Below the pieces are notes generated by a model that saw only the letters and a list, made by a program, of their open reading frames with translations, did no database searches and was not told the DNA's origin. From Staphylothermus marinus F1 (GTDB lineage Archaea > Thermoproteota > Thermoprotei_A > Sulfolobales > Desulfurococcaceae), in contig NC_009033.1 in assembly GCF_000015945.1 (NCBI RefSeq), positions 1,050,001-1,082,000 on the forward strand: a stretch of DNA of 32,000 nt, read 5' to 3'. Shown here in pieces: positions 9,436 through 18,305 of the stretch. The stretch's first letter is position 1, and each line of letters opens with the position of its first letter. The position numbers and the translations under genes were made by a program.

Positions 9436-10716
9436 AACAATAACACCTCTCAAATCATAAAATGTCGCATTAGTTATTTGAATCTTTACATGTTTTCCAA
9501 AATCTAATGTGTTCTCGGAAAATATTATGACCGGTATATAGTTTAAAGTTCTCCCGATCCATGTATTGCTATGTTCTGTTATGAAAGTATCCAAGACTTT
9601 TCCTAAATATTTTCTATGAACCTCTAATCCAACATTTTCTATAATCTTCAATAATCTAAGCATTCTCTCCTTCTTAACACTCGTTGGTATTTGACGTAAT
9701 GATGCTGAATAGGTATTTGGCCTTATACTATAAACAGCTGGATGTACTCTTTCAAATTTTAACTCCTTTATAATATCAAGTGTTTGTTCAAAATCTTCTT
9801 CTTCTTCACCTGGATGACCTACGATAATATCTGTTGCTATGCTGATTTCCGGTATTTTCTTTCTTAAAATCTTAACTATCTCTCGATACTCATCTACTGT
9901 ATATTTCCTCCTCATAATCCTTAATACCTTATCACTACCGCTTTGAAGCGGTATATGTAGGAAACGATAAATGTGAGCGCTGTTTTTAATCACTTCTATT
10001 AATTCATCAAGAATATTAGCAAGTGTATCTGGATTCATCATTCCAATTCTTATCATGAAATTACCTTTTATCCCATCTAGTTCTTCGAGGAGATTTGGTA
10101 GCATTTGTTTTCCATAAAGATCTAATCCATATGAAGCTGTATCTTGACCTGTAATTTCTATTTCTACCACTCCTTTACCAACTAGCTCTTTTACCGTGTT
10201 TTTAATTTTATTAATCGGGTAGCTTACAAGTTGTCTACGAGCATTCTTTACTATACAGAAGCTACAGTTTCCTAAACATCCTTCTTGTATTGGCAAATAA
10301 GCTATTTGTTTATCAACATATGTTCCTAGAATTCTTCTATTACGTTCACCTTTTAATAGAAATACTTGTCCATCGCTTTCGACAGCTATCCATATTTTGG
10401 GAGCGTTTTGTGGAGAGACAAGACTAGTTTTGGGTGCTATTTTATGTATTTTGTATGGTTGAGCTTTAGCCATGCAACCAGCTATTATTAGTTTTTTATT
10501 CTGTTCACTAGCTATTCTGTAGAGTTCCTTTATTCTCTTAATCATTTTTAGTTCTGTATCATATCTTACTGTGCAAGTATTTATTATGATAGTATCTGCT
10601 TCTGTTATTTCCTCAACTAATTTGTGCCCCCTACTAACTAGCACAGTCTTCATAATATATTCATCTCCTCTGTTCAGAGCGCAACCATATGTTTCAATAT
10701 ATATCTTCCTAGCCAT
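9427..10716 (-). CDS. mtaB: MiaB-family radical-SAM methylthiotransferase (archaeal MtaB/CDKAL1-like tRNA t6A37 methylthiotransferase)
   Basis: 429-aa ORF. MTTase N-domain ([11 protein letters not shown]), radical-SAM cluster motif CLGNCSFC and a C-terminal TRAM-like region. Confidence 0.85.
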   Translation of the reverse strand: MARKIYIETYGCALNRGDEYIMKTVLVSRGHKLVEEITEADTIIINTCTVRYDTELKMIKRIKELYRIASEQNKKLIIAGCMAKAQPYKIHKIAPKTSLVSPQNAPKIWIAVESDGQVFLLKGERNRRILGTYVDKQIAYLPIQEGCLGNCSFCIVKNARRQLVSYPINKIKNTVKELVGKGVVEIEITGQDTASYGLDLYGKQMLPNLLEELDGIKGNFMIRIGMMNPDTLANILDELIEVIKNSAHIYRFLHIPLQSGSDKVLRIMRRKYTVDEYREIVKILRKKIPEISIATDIIVGHPGEEEEDFEQTLDIIKELKFERVHPAVYSIRPNTYSASLRQIPTSVKKERMLRLLKIIENVGLEVHRKYLGKVLDTFITEHSNTWIGRTLNYIPVIIFSENTLDFGKHVKIQITNATFYDLRGVIVSS

Positions 10717-10827
10717 GACTGTATACCTTTCCTTGCTTAATTATCAATTATCATTCTAAGCATACATTATTTAACCGCTAATATACTTGATTTTAATAAG
10801 TAAAGAATACTTATTAGGGGTGGGGAA

Positions 10828-11256
10828 TTGACTCGTCGAATACGTGACTACAAATTTGAAGAACTATTAGAGAGAGCATACTCTAAATTGCCGGCGAGAA
10901 CAGTATCTAAGGAGACATTCGAGGTTCCTAGGGCTGAAGTAATGTTTGTTGGAGGGAAAACTCTAATACTCAACTTTAAGCAAATAACAGACGTTATCAA
11001 TAGGGATCCAAAGATCTTGCAGAGATATTTTGTCAAAGAATTGGGAGTTCCAGCGTATATGAATGAATCAGGTCAATTGATATTGCAAGGTAGATTTAGC
11101 TCGCACGTTATTAATAGGTTGATAGACTTATTTGTTAAAAAATACGTTATTTGCCCAACATGTGGTAGTAGATTCACTAAATTAATAAAGAAAGGAAAAG
11201 TTTTCATACTTAAATGTGAAGCATGTGGTGCAGAGACCACTCTAGAAGCGTTTTGA
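10828..11256 (+). CDS. eif2b: Translation initiation factor aIF2 beta subunit
   Basis: 142-aa ORF with C-terminal zinc ribbon CPTCGS...CEACGA. GGGGTGGGG SD precedes the TTG start. Confidence 0.88.
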   Translation: MTRRIRDYKFEELLERAYSKLPARTVSKETFEVPRAEVMFVGGKTLILNFKQITDVINRDPKILQRYFVKELGVPAYMNESGQLILQGRFSSHVINRLIDLFVKKYVICPTCGSRFTKLIKKGKVFILKCEACGAETTLEAF

Positions 11257-11349
11257 AGGTATCTAATTTTCTGCTCATATTTTATCTTTAATAAGGTGTT
11301 AAATAGAATTTATTTTCTAGAAAGAATATGATCATGGTTTGATAGTATC

Positions 11350-11676
11350 ATGAAGTACAGTATGAAAACAGATATGGTATATGTAAAAATACATAGGTAT
11401 GGTGAAGAAGTAGTTGTTGCTATATGTGATGAAAAATTACTTGGTAAAAAACTTGTTGATAAAGAGAAAGGTATAGAACTATATGTTGATCCATATTTTT
11501 ACAAGGGAGAACTTATGAGTTTGAATAAGGCTTTCAAGATTCTCGGAAAGGCTACTATAGCTAATCTTGTAGGTATAAATATTGTTGAAAAAGCTGTTAA
11601 GGAAGGATTTATTCATCCAGATGCTATTTTATGGATAAATAATATCCCTCATGCGCAATATGTTGTATATCATTAG
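11350..11676 (+). CDS. DUF424-like conserved archaeal protein
   Basis: 108-aa ORF. The pattern VKIH...VVAICDEKLLGK...PHAQ matches my recollection of the DUF424/COG2412 family. The start could be the internal ATG at 11374. Confidence 0.55.
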   Translation: MKYSMKTDMVYVKIHRYGEEVVVAICDEKLLGKKLVDKEKGIELYVDPYFYKGELMSLNKAFKILGKATIANLVGINIVEKAVKEGFIHPDAILWINNIPHAQYVVYH

Positions 11677-11698
11677 TTAGGATCAAAGGTTGATAATT

Positions 11699-12784
11699 AT
11701 GTATAAATACTGTGTACGTTGTGGAAGAAGAGTTTCAGAGGATGAACCATTAATAAACGGGTACTGTATTGATTGTTATCTCAAATATAAAGGAATATTT
11801 GTGACAAAGCCTGTTTTAAACATAACAATATGTCCTAGATGCGGTTCATGGATGTATAGAGGTGAATGGAGAGATCCTTTGCCGTTAAGGGAGATTATTA
11901 GGAGAATACTGATTAGCGAAGCATATAGATTCATAGATCGTCAACATGTTAACTTATTAGATGCTACCATATTATCGGAGCCGTACAAAATAAATGAATC
12001 ACAATATGCTGTTAAAGCCTTATTACATGTAGTGATAGAGGAATATTATCCGTTGAACTTAGAGAAAGAAATAGTTCTAAATATTAATAGAAAAGTATGT
12101 CCCAAATGTTTAGCATATGCAGGAAAATCTCATCGAGCACTAGTACAAATTAGAAGTGTAAATGGATCATTTAGTCGCGAAGAAGAAAAAATAATAAATA
12201 AAGCAATAAGTGATCCCGGTGTTGCGGGAGATATTGTTGAAATAAAGAAGAATAAATATGGCTTGGATGTTAAGCTTTTAACGAGTGTAGCTGCCAAGAG
12301 ATTATCTACTATCTTAAGTAGACTAACGGGTGCTAAAATTATTGAATCATTTAAGCCTGTACGGTACAATCCTGATAAAGGGCGTTGGTCTGGGATAACA
12401 ACTTTATCTGTTCGTTTACCCTCAATTAAGAAGGGTGATCTAGTAGAGTTTGAGGGAAGGCCTGGTGTTGTTAGAGATATAAGTCCACATGGAATAAAGA
12501 TTGAGTTCTTAGATGATGGAAGAACTGAGAATATAAAGTTTGAAAAATATTGGAGCGGAGACCTGAAGAAAGCTGAGAATCTAGTATATAGTGAAACATA
12601 TAGTGTGATTGCAGAAGATAAAACTACTATTTACCTATTAGATGAGGAGACAGGTAATATAATAGATTATCCTAGAACAAAAACTTTAGCTAACATATCT
12701 GTAGGCGATAAAGTCCGAGCTGTTAGAGTAAGAGATAAAGTCTACATGATTAAGAATAGTGAATTAGGTGGTAATAATGCCTAA
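11699..12784 (+). CDS. nmd3: NMD3-family protein (archaeal homolog of the 60S export/biogenesis adaptor)
   Basis: N-terminal Cys4 clusters CVRCGR...CIDC, CPRCGS and CPKC. About 360 aa. ATG 11699 is preferred over TTG 11690. Confidence 0.8.
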   Translation: MYKYCVRCGRRVSEDEPLINGYCIDCYLKYKGIFVTKPVLNITICPRCGSWMYRGEWRDPLPLREIIRRILISEAYRFIDRQHVNLLDATILSEPYKINESQYAVKALLHVVIEEYYPLNLEKEIVLNINRKVCPKCLAYAGKSHRALVQIRSVNGSFSREEEKIINKAISDPGVAGDIVEIKKNKYGLDVKLLTSVAAKRLSTILSRLTGAKIIESFKPVRYNPDKGRWSGITTLSVRLPSIKKGDLVEFEGRPGVVRDISPHGIKIEFLDDGRTENIKFEKYWSGDLKKAENLVYSETYSVIAEDKTTIYLLDEETGNIIDYPRTKTLANISVGDKVRAVRVRDKVYMIKNSELGGNNA

Positions 12785-13112
12785 GAAGAAAAGAAAAAGA
12801 TACGAAGAAACAAGCAAGGAGCCTCCTCTACCGACTGAGGGAACAGTTATTTGCGGCATAATACGTCATCTAGGTGGTGATTATATGGTTGTTAAATGCA
12901 TGGATGGCATGGATCGTAAAGTACGTATTCCTGGTAAAATGAGGAGAAGAGTATGGATGAATGAAGGAGACATAGTCCTCGTAGCTATATGGGATTTCTC
13001 TCCGGAAAGAGGTGAGGTCATACATAAGTATAGTAGAAGCGAAGTAACAAAGCTCGTGGAGAGAGGAGTAATTCCCAGAGAGTTCTTGGAAGCATTAAGT
13101 GAGTATATATGA
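12777..13112 (+). CDS. eif1a: Translation initiation factor aIF1A
   Basis: OB-fold core GTVICGIIRHLGGDYMVVKCMDG...RIPGKMRRRVWMNEGDIVLVAIWDF. ATG 12777 is preceded by AGGTGGT. The track start GTG 12768 is the alternative. Confidence 0.9.
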   Translation: MPKKKRKRYEETSKEPPLPTEGTVICGIIRHLGGDYMVVKCMDGMDRKVRIPGKMRRRVWMNEGDIVLVAIWDFSPERGEVIHKYSRSEVTKLVERGVIPREFLEALSEYI

Positions 13113-13918
13113 TCGATGAAGATTTCGAACCTATTATTAGGCGTGGGGATCTCAAGAGATATAAGGACAAAGATCTATTTGAAACGGTTGAGGAGGTTTT
13201 TGATACAAAAACCGTTATGACTATTCTATATCTTATGAGGAAAAGAATTATACGTAGAATGAATGGAGTCATAAGTGCTGGTAAAGAAGCACGCGTATAT
13301 CTTGGTTTTGGATGGAAAAATGAGCCTTTAGCTGTAAAAATATATTTGACTAGTACAGCAGTCTTCAAAAAAGGAATGCTAAAATATATAATTGGAGATC
13401 CGAGATTTGAGGATTTTAAGCCGGGAGATACTAGAGATATAATATATGCATGGACACGTAAAGAGTTCCGCAACCTTAAAAGGATGTTTAATGTAGGAGT
13501 CAAAGTACCCAAGCCGATAGCATTTAAAAACAATATATTAGTAATGGAGTTTATGGGTGAAAATAATAAGAGATATCCACTACTCATAGAAGCCTATTCT
13601 CATCTAAGCATTAATGAACTCAGAAAGATATATGAGTATATACTAGAAGAGCTATTTAAGACTGTGTGTAAGGCGAACCTAGTTCACGGCGATCTATCGG
13701 AATATAATATAATGATTAAACCTGGACCAGATATAGTCATAATAGATGTTAGCCAGGCTGTACACATAGATCATCCTAACTCATTAGAATTTCTTATTAG
13801 AGATATTAATAATATAAACAGGTTCTTTAGAGAGAAAGTTGGATTAGATGAATTAGAAAATGTAGATGAGATATTAGAGGTGGTCAAAAAGTGTCTGAGG
13901 AGCAAAAGGGAAGATTAA
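13109..13918 (+). CDS. rio1: RIO-type serine protein kinase (Rio1)
   Basis: 269-aa ORF. RIO catalytic motifs LVHGDLSEYNIM and IIDVSQAV. ATGA start/stop overlap with aIF1A. Confidence 0.9.
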   Translation: MIDEDFEPIIRRGDLKRYKDKDLFETVEEVFDTKTVMTILYLMRKRIIRRMNGVISAGKEARVYLGFGWKNEPLAVKIYLTSTAVFKKGMLKYIIGDPRFEDFKPGDTRDIIYAWTRKEFRNLKRMFNVGVKVPKPIAFKNNILVMEFMGENNKRYPLLIEAYSHLSINELRKIYEYILEELFKTVCKANLVHGDLSEYNIMIKPGPDIVIIDVSQAVHIDHPNSLEFLIRDINNINRFFREKVGLDELENVDEILEVVKKCLRSKRED

Positions 13919-13920
13919 CT

Positions 13921-14493
13921 ATGGGTGTTACAAGGCTTTATGAGAAGGTTCCACCTGATAGAATAGGTGTTTTAATAGGACATGAAGGCAAGATTAAGGA
14001 AGAGTTAATGCGTAGAACTAGGACGATCATAACGATAGATTCTACGACGGGAACAGTTATCATAGAGCCAGCATCTCCTACAACTACAGCATTAGAATTA
14101 ATGAAGGCTAGAGATGTTGTTAGAGCAATCGCATATGGTTTTAGCCCTGAAAGAGCTTTTAGGCTACTTGATGAAGACCAGGTCTTGTTAGTTATCGATT
14201 TAAAACAATATGTGGGAGATAGACCTAATCATTTACAGAGAGTCAAAGGTAGAATCATTGGCGAAGGAGGAAAGGCACGCAGGATCATTGAGGAAATGAC
14301 TGGAACATATATTTCAGTATATAAGAACTATGTTGCAATAATAGGTGATTTTGAATCAGCCAATATTGCAAAAACAGCTATTGAATTATTGATTGAGGGG
14401 AGAAGACATAGCACAGTATATAGGTATATTGAAAGAGAAACATTTCTCGAGAAAAGAAAGAAAATGAGACAGTTATGGAAAGAAAAAATATAA
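13921..14493 (+). CDS. KH-domain RNA-binding protein (archaeal Dim2/Pno1 homolog)
   Basis: Two KH-like segments (DRIGVLIGHEGKIKEEL; GRIIGEGGKARRIIEEMTG). Conserved aIF1A-RIO-KH gene order. The track start GTG 13891 is the alternative. Confidence 0.8.
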   Translation: MGVTRLYEKVPPDRIGVLIGHEGKIKEELMRRTRTIITIDSTTGTVIIEPASPTTTALELMKARDVVRAIAYGFSPERAFRLLDEDQVLLVIDLKQYVGDRPNHLQRVKGRIIGEGGKARRIIEEMTGTYISVYKNYVAIIGDFESANIAKTAIELLIEGRRHSTVYRYIERETFLEKRKKMRQLWKEKI

Positions 14494-14655
14494 TTTTCCC
14501 CTCCCATGCGGGCCTTATCTACATCTATAAATATTCAGCAATTATTACCCGGGTTCATTCTTCATCGGGGCATGTAAAGCCAATTATATATTTATTTTGA
14601 AAATGCCTAATAATATTTGGGAAGCATTTTCATTTATATGTGTGGAGGGAAAAAA

Positions 14656-15564
14656 TTGCCAATAATTAGTAGTACAAAAGTTTTTGATAGTTCACTTAAA
14701 ATAGAAGATGTAATTAAATTATTGACTGATATTGAGGAGTTAATAAAAAGCATTAAAGATGCTAGGATTATTGAAAAAACACAGAAGGGATATGTTGTTG
14801 AGTTTATTTTTAGAAGCTTTTTCAGGACAATAAGGGAAAAATTAATTGTTAATTCTAGGAGAACTTCTGAAAGATCAGTTGTAATTTCTGCAATAGGCGA
14901 GACACTAGACATTAATATATCTATAAGACTGGCGGAGATGTTTCCATATACTCGAATAGAAATAGTTACAACTTGTAGATCAGATATTGAAAAGCTTTGC
15001 AGGAAACTTGTGAAATTTGTCGAAGACTCTATTGTGAACTATATTAGAACTATGAGAAAGGTTGGAGTTAAGAAAGAAGCATTAGTAAAAGAAACTGTTC
15101 CTACAGAGAAAGAGGAAGCCCCGTCTAAACCAGCTGTTGCTGAGATAGAGGCGAGGAGAGTAGAGGAAGGCAGGCCTACTACGTATATCTCACAAGACAT
15201 TATAACAAAATTAACGGATCCAATATACTTGGCCAATATTTTATTAAAAGCAAGACTCATTAAAAGGATCATAACAAGAGTACCCAGTAACGTCGAAGAA
15301 TTCAGAAAAACAATAATAGAACCCATACTTGAACAAGCTAAGAACTATAAGTTGGTCCTAATAAGTATGAGAGCAAACAACACTGAAATATATGTTTCAT
15401 TAACACCTGACGGGAAAATTATCGCAACGTATGGTGTAATTAAAAGAGTCAGAGAAATCAAAGGCGGAGAAGAAATGTTACCTGTCCTACTAGGAGTAGC
15501 AAAAGATAGAGAAGCAAAAATAAGAGTATGGGGCGTAACCGAGCTGGGGGTTCAGCTTACGTAG
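14656..15564 (+). CDS. Hypothetical two-domain protein
   Basis: Long ORF with normal local codon and amino-acid composition. TTG 14656 is preceded by GGAGGG plus a 6-nt spacer; the track start is 14617 and ATG 14638 is also possible. I recognise no family signature. A charged Pro/Glu/Ala linker (KETVPTEKEEAPSKPAVAEIEARRVEEGRP) separates the two halves. Confidence 0.6.
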   Translation: MPIISSTKVFDSSLKIEDVIKLLTDIEELIKSIKDARIIEKTQKGYVVEFIFRSFFRTIREKLIVNSRRTSERSVVISAIGETLDINISIRLAEMFPYTRIEIVTTCRSDIEKLCRKLVKFVEDSIVNYIRTMRKVGVKKEALVKETVPTEKEEAPSKPAVAEIEARRVEEGRPTTYISQDIITKLTDPIYLANILLKARLIKRIITRVPSNVEEFRKTIIEPILEQAKNYKLVLISMRANNTEIYVSLTPDGKIIATYGVIKRVREIKGGEEMLPVLLGVAKDREAKIRVWGVTELGVQLT

Positions 15565-15862
15565 GTCTTGATAGAACTGCGTAGGCTTTGGTGTGCATTA
15601 ACTTCAGCTTTCTCAGGGTTCATTGGAGCATATCATTGGTCTTTCACTCTTTCAAGGCAACCCAGCTCCTTCTCAGGATTGGAAGGACAAGATCATCCCA
15701 GACCCTCATCGAAGGAAAAATCCCCACATCCTTAGATATAGGTTTATCCCACTAATACCCATGAACGCCTACTAGATACTTTACAGTTACGGCAGGCATA
15801 GGTCAGATCACAAAAACGCTTATATCACAGTATACAATAACCCATATATTGATGACTGTTGG

Positions 15863-15894
<32 letters not shown>

Positions 15895-15932
15895 ACACCC
15901 CCTCTTAAACTCTATAATGGGGGGTGGTCGAA
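15895..15932 (+). other. tRNA-Trp intron 1 (38 nt, non-canonical position 30/31)
   Basis: Complete hBHBh' motif. Outer helix GAG 15886-88 : CTC 15934-36. Central 4 bp CGGC 15889-92 : GTCG 15927-30 (one G-U). Bulges GG|A and AA|G. Inner helix CACCCCC 15896-902 : GGGGGTG 15920-26. Confidence 0.8.
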
Positions 15933-15939
15933 GCTCCAG

Positions 15940-16001
15940 ATCACTGCTATGGGTCATATGACCTCCCAATGGGGAGGAATGAATTAGATCTGGAGGGAGT
16001 G
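15940..16001 (+). other. tRNA-Trp intron 2 (62 nt, canonical position 37/38)
   Basis: Central helix CTCC 15934-37 : GGAG 15996-99. Bulges AG|A (15938-40) and TG|A (16000-02). Outer pair G15933:C16003 continues into the anticodon stem. The inner helix is weak. Boundaries 36/37 or 38/39 would give the same mature sequence, but only 37/38 fits the bulges. Confidence 0.7.
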
Positions 16002-16314
16002 ACCCGTAGGTCGGGGGTTCAAATCCCCCCGGGCCCACCATGATCTCTGTTTGTATAAGAGGTTTTTCGTAAAAGTTTTAATAATCCATATTTTAGGCCA
16101 TTCGCTCATTTGGACATTACAGTTATTTGGGAAGCTTTGGAAACCATTATTGTTTGGAATTATCTCTGTCTGCTTAGAGTTCACTTTATAAACCCATATG
16201 CACTCTATGATATACATGGTTTGGGAAACGCGGATGAAGGGCTCTGTGTAGAGCCTCGATCCAAGAGCGGTATTCGGTACAAACGCTATTGTATAGGAAT
16301 TGAGAACAATATTT

Positions 16315-16408
16315 GGGCCCGTCGTCTAGCCTGGTTAGGACGCCGCCCTGACGTGTCTGGGTAGGCTTAGAAAGGCGGAGGTCCGGGGTTCAAATCCCCG
16401 CGGGCCCA
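16315..16408 (+). tRNA. tRNA-Val (anticodon GAC) with one canonical 19-nt intron (16354-16372); CCA not encoded
   Basis: Acceptor GGGCCCG/CGGGCCC, D arm GTCT-AGCCTGGTTA-GGAC, anticodon arm CCGCC-CTGACG|A-GGCGG, T arm CGGGG-TTCAAAT-CCCCG. BHB: CTGA 16348-51 : TTAG 16367-70 (one G-U), bulges CG|T and AA|A. Confidence 0.88.
16354..16372 (+). other. tRNA-Val intron (19 nt, position 37/38)
   Basis: Canonical BHB as described for the tRNA-Val feature. Inner helix G16355-T-C : G-G-C16366. Confidence 0.8.
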
Positions 16409-16454
16409 CTATTAATAAATAATTCGATCTAGTAGCTAAGTGTTCAAAAAATAA

Positions 16455-16886
16455 TTATTTAGATTCTTTTTGTTTAATCATCTCTGCATATTTTTCTGGC
16501 GGAAGTAATGATTCATATTCTTTAGGATCTTGTGGTTTTATTTTAGCTATCCATCCTTCACCATACGGGTCTATATTTAGTAATTCAGGTTCTTCTAATA
16601 ATCTCTCGTTTACCTCTACTATTTCTCCGGATACTGGAGCATAGTACTCACTTGTCGCTTTTACTGATTCAATAACGCCTAGTTCTTCACCTTTTCTAAT
16701 GTTTCTACCTGTTTCAGGTAGTTCAATGCCAACTATATCTTTCAATTCTTTCTGCGCATAATCAGCGATGCCCATAACAACTATTCCATTTTCTATTTTA
16801 GCCCATTCGTCCGTTTCAGTATATTTTCTATCTGTCTTTACAATGTATTTCTTCCTACCTACTTCAACAATTATCTCATCAGGCAT
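16455..16886 (-). CDS. gcvH: Glycine cleavage system H protein (lipoyl carrier)
   Basis: Lipoyl-lysine motif ESVKATSE and GcvH-like size. ATG 16886 is preceded by GGTG; the track start TTG 16898 is the alternative. Confidence 0.92.
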   Translation of the reverse strand: MPDEIIVEVGRKKYIVKTDRKYTETDEWAKIENGIVVMGIADYAQKELKDIVGIELPETGRNIRKGEELGVIESVKATSEYYAPVSGEIVEVNERLLEEPELLNIDPYGEGWIAKIKPQDPKEYESLLPPEKYAEMIKQKESK

Positions 16887-16932
16887 GTTTACACCCAATG
16901 AATTGTTTTAGATGATGTTATAAAAATATTAG

Positions 16933-18252
16933 TTAGACTTCTCCATGTAACATTATTTTTAATAGTTTGGTTTCTTCCTCGCCACTTATTTTAAACCCAT
17001 AATGTATTTCTAGAAAGTTCTTTCTAAACTCTATTACCTTATTTCTTATCTCCTTAGGATCCCTCTTATCTATAACTACTAATCGCATGAACTCAGCTAT
17101 AGTTTTCATATCTTCTTCCTTCATACCCCACCTAGTTACTTCTTGAACTCCTAGACGAATACCACTTGGGTTCTTAATATCTTCTGGTTTATCCCATGGT
17201 AGCATGTTCTTGTTCACAATAATATTTGCCTCCTCCAATAATTTTGCGTTCTTGGCTCCGCCACCGTGTTCTCTAACATCAATTATTACTTGGTGGCTCT
17301 CAGTATATCCCTTGTTTTCACCTATAACTTTGAAGCCGTTTTCTGCAAGAGCTTCTGCAAACGCTTTTGCATTCTTAACGATTTGTTCAGCGTATTGTCT
17401 ACCGAAATACTTCATTTCTAAACCTGTTACTGCAAGTGCTGCTAATCTATGTAGATGATGATTTGAAACGAACACTGGGAATACAATTTTTGAAACTTTT
17501 TTATAGTCGTCTTTTGTAACGGTTGCTATTAGTCCTCCTTGTGGTCCAGGGAATGTTTTATGTGTCGATGAAGTCAGTATATCTGCTCCTTGTTTCAAGG
17601 GGTTCTCCCAGACTTTTCCGGTAATGAGTCCGAGAACATGTGCTACATCATACATGAGTTTTGCTCCTACACTATGTGCAGCTTCAGCTATTTCTTTGAC
17701 TGGATGGGGAAATATGTATAGGCTTCCTCCAAGTATAACTATTTTTGGTTTAACTTTTTCAATCACTTTCTTAGCTCCGTCAACATCTATGTTCCACTCC
17801 TCTATATTGAATGGCATTTCTACTTGTTCTATACCGAGTCCTCCAAGTGTTCCGTATCGTGTATGGCTTACATGTGCACCTGCCTGGACAGGGACTACAA
17901 CAGCTTTATCTCCATGTTCTGCAAAAGCTTTGAATACTGTTGCATTCGCTATTGTTCCACTAATAGGTCTTAGCTCAACATAGTCTGTTTCGAGTAGTTC
18001 ACCAATTATTCTTTGTGCCTTAACCTCTAATTCATCAACAAATTTTAATCCTTGATAGAATCTCTTAAACGGTTTCCCCTCCGCATATCTATGCATCATA
18101 TCATTGAGGTAGAGAAGCATTGCCAGAGGGCTCATAACGTTCTCGCTAGCTATGAGATTAATGCATTCTTTCTTCCTCCATATTGTATGGTTAACTGTTA
18201 ATTCATATATTTCCTTGAGCTCAGGATATTTCTTAGTAATATCTATAACCAT
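16933..18252 (-). CDS. glyA: Serine hydroxymethyltransferase
   Basis: 439-aa ORF with PLP-lysine motif [14 protein letters not shown]. Confidence 0.93.
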   Translation of the reverse strand: MVIDITKKYPELKEIYELTVNHTIWRKKECINLIASENVMSPLAMLLYLNDMMHRYAEGKPFKRFYQGLKFVDELEVKAQRIIGELLETDYVELRPISGTIANATVFKAFAEHGDKAVVVPVQAGAHVSHTRYGTLGGLGIEQVEMPFNIEEWNIDVDGAKKVIEKVKPKIVILGGSLYIFPHPVKEIAEAAHSVGAKLMYDVAHVLGLITGKVWENPLKQGADILTSSTHKTFPGPQGGLIATVTKDDYKKVSKIVFPVFVSNHHLHRLAALAVTGLEMKYFGRQYAEQIVKNAKAFAEALAENGFKVIGENKGYTESHQVIIDVREHGGGAKNAKLLEEANIIVNKNMLPWDKPEDIKNPSGIRLGVQEVTRWGMKEEDMKTIAEFMRLVVIDKRDPKEIRNKVIEFRKNFLEIHYGFKISGEEETKLLKIMLHGEV

Positions 18253-18305
18253 GATATGAACACCTCAATATACTATATACCGACACAGATATATAATCTA
18301 GAATC

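Noticed and set aside
13018-13587. A 189-aa minus-strand ORF overlapping aIF1A and RIO1. Similar antisense ORFs occur within alaS, trkH, glyA, the COG3199 gene, gcvT, aIF5A, the MTase and rgy (for example 5525-5809, 7409-7603, 17204-17458, 17624-17983, 18387-18850, 18950-19174, 19870-20151, 26775-27089, 27483-27701, 30193-31062).
   Set aside because: Each lies antisense to a gene with strong family signatures, and the composition is typical of antisense frames. There is no independent support.
14494-14616. A possible C/D-like sRNA or tRNA T-arm remnant after the KH gene. The minus strand has CGATGAAG...CTGA, and the plus strand has CCCGGGTTCATTCTTCATCGGGG.
   Set aside because: There is only one CTGA and no D box at the 3' end. 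The C-like box is degenerate. The T-arm-like segment does not form a 5-bp stem with a 7-nt loop.
15897-15925. An anticodon-arm look-alike inside the tRNA gene: ACCCC-CTCTTAA...GGGGT, which would read as tRNA-Lys(CUU).
   Set aside because: The loop is 17-19 nt, not 7. No BHB can be built around a putative intron there (ATAA does not pair with CTCT). It would require a 6-nt intron before it. The segment is fully explained as the inner helix of tRNA-Trp intron 1.
15895-16004. An alternative tRNA-Trp parsing with introns at 31/32 (or 32/33) and 39/40 (or 40/41), giving the anticodon stem GCGGA/UCCGU.
   Set aside because: It yields a legal cloverleaf, but none of the required 4-bp central helices form (GGCG or GCGG vs TCGA or CGAA; CCAG or CAGA vs AGTG or GTGA). 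The 30/31 plus 37/38 parsing gives two proper BHB motifs.
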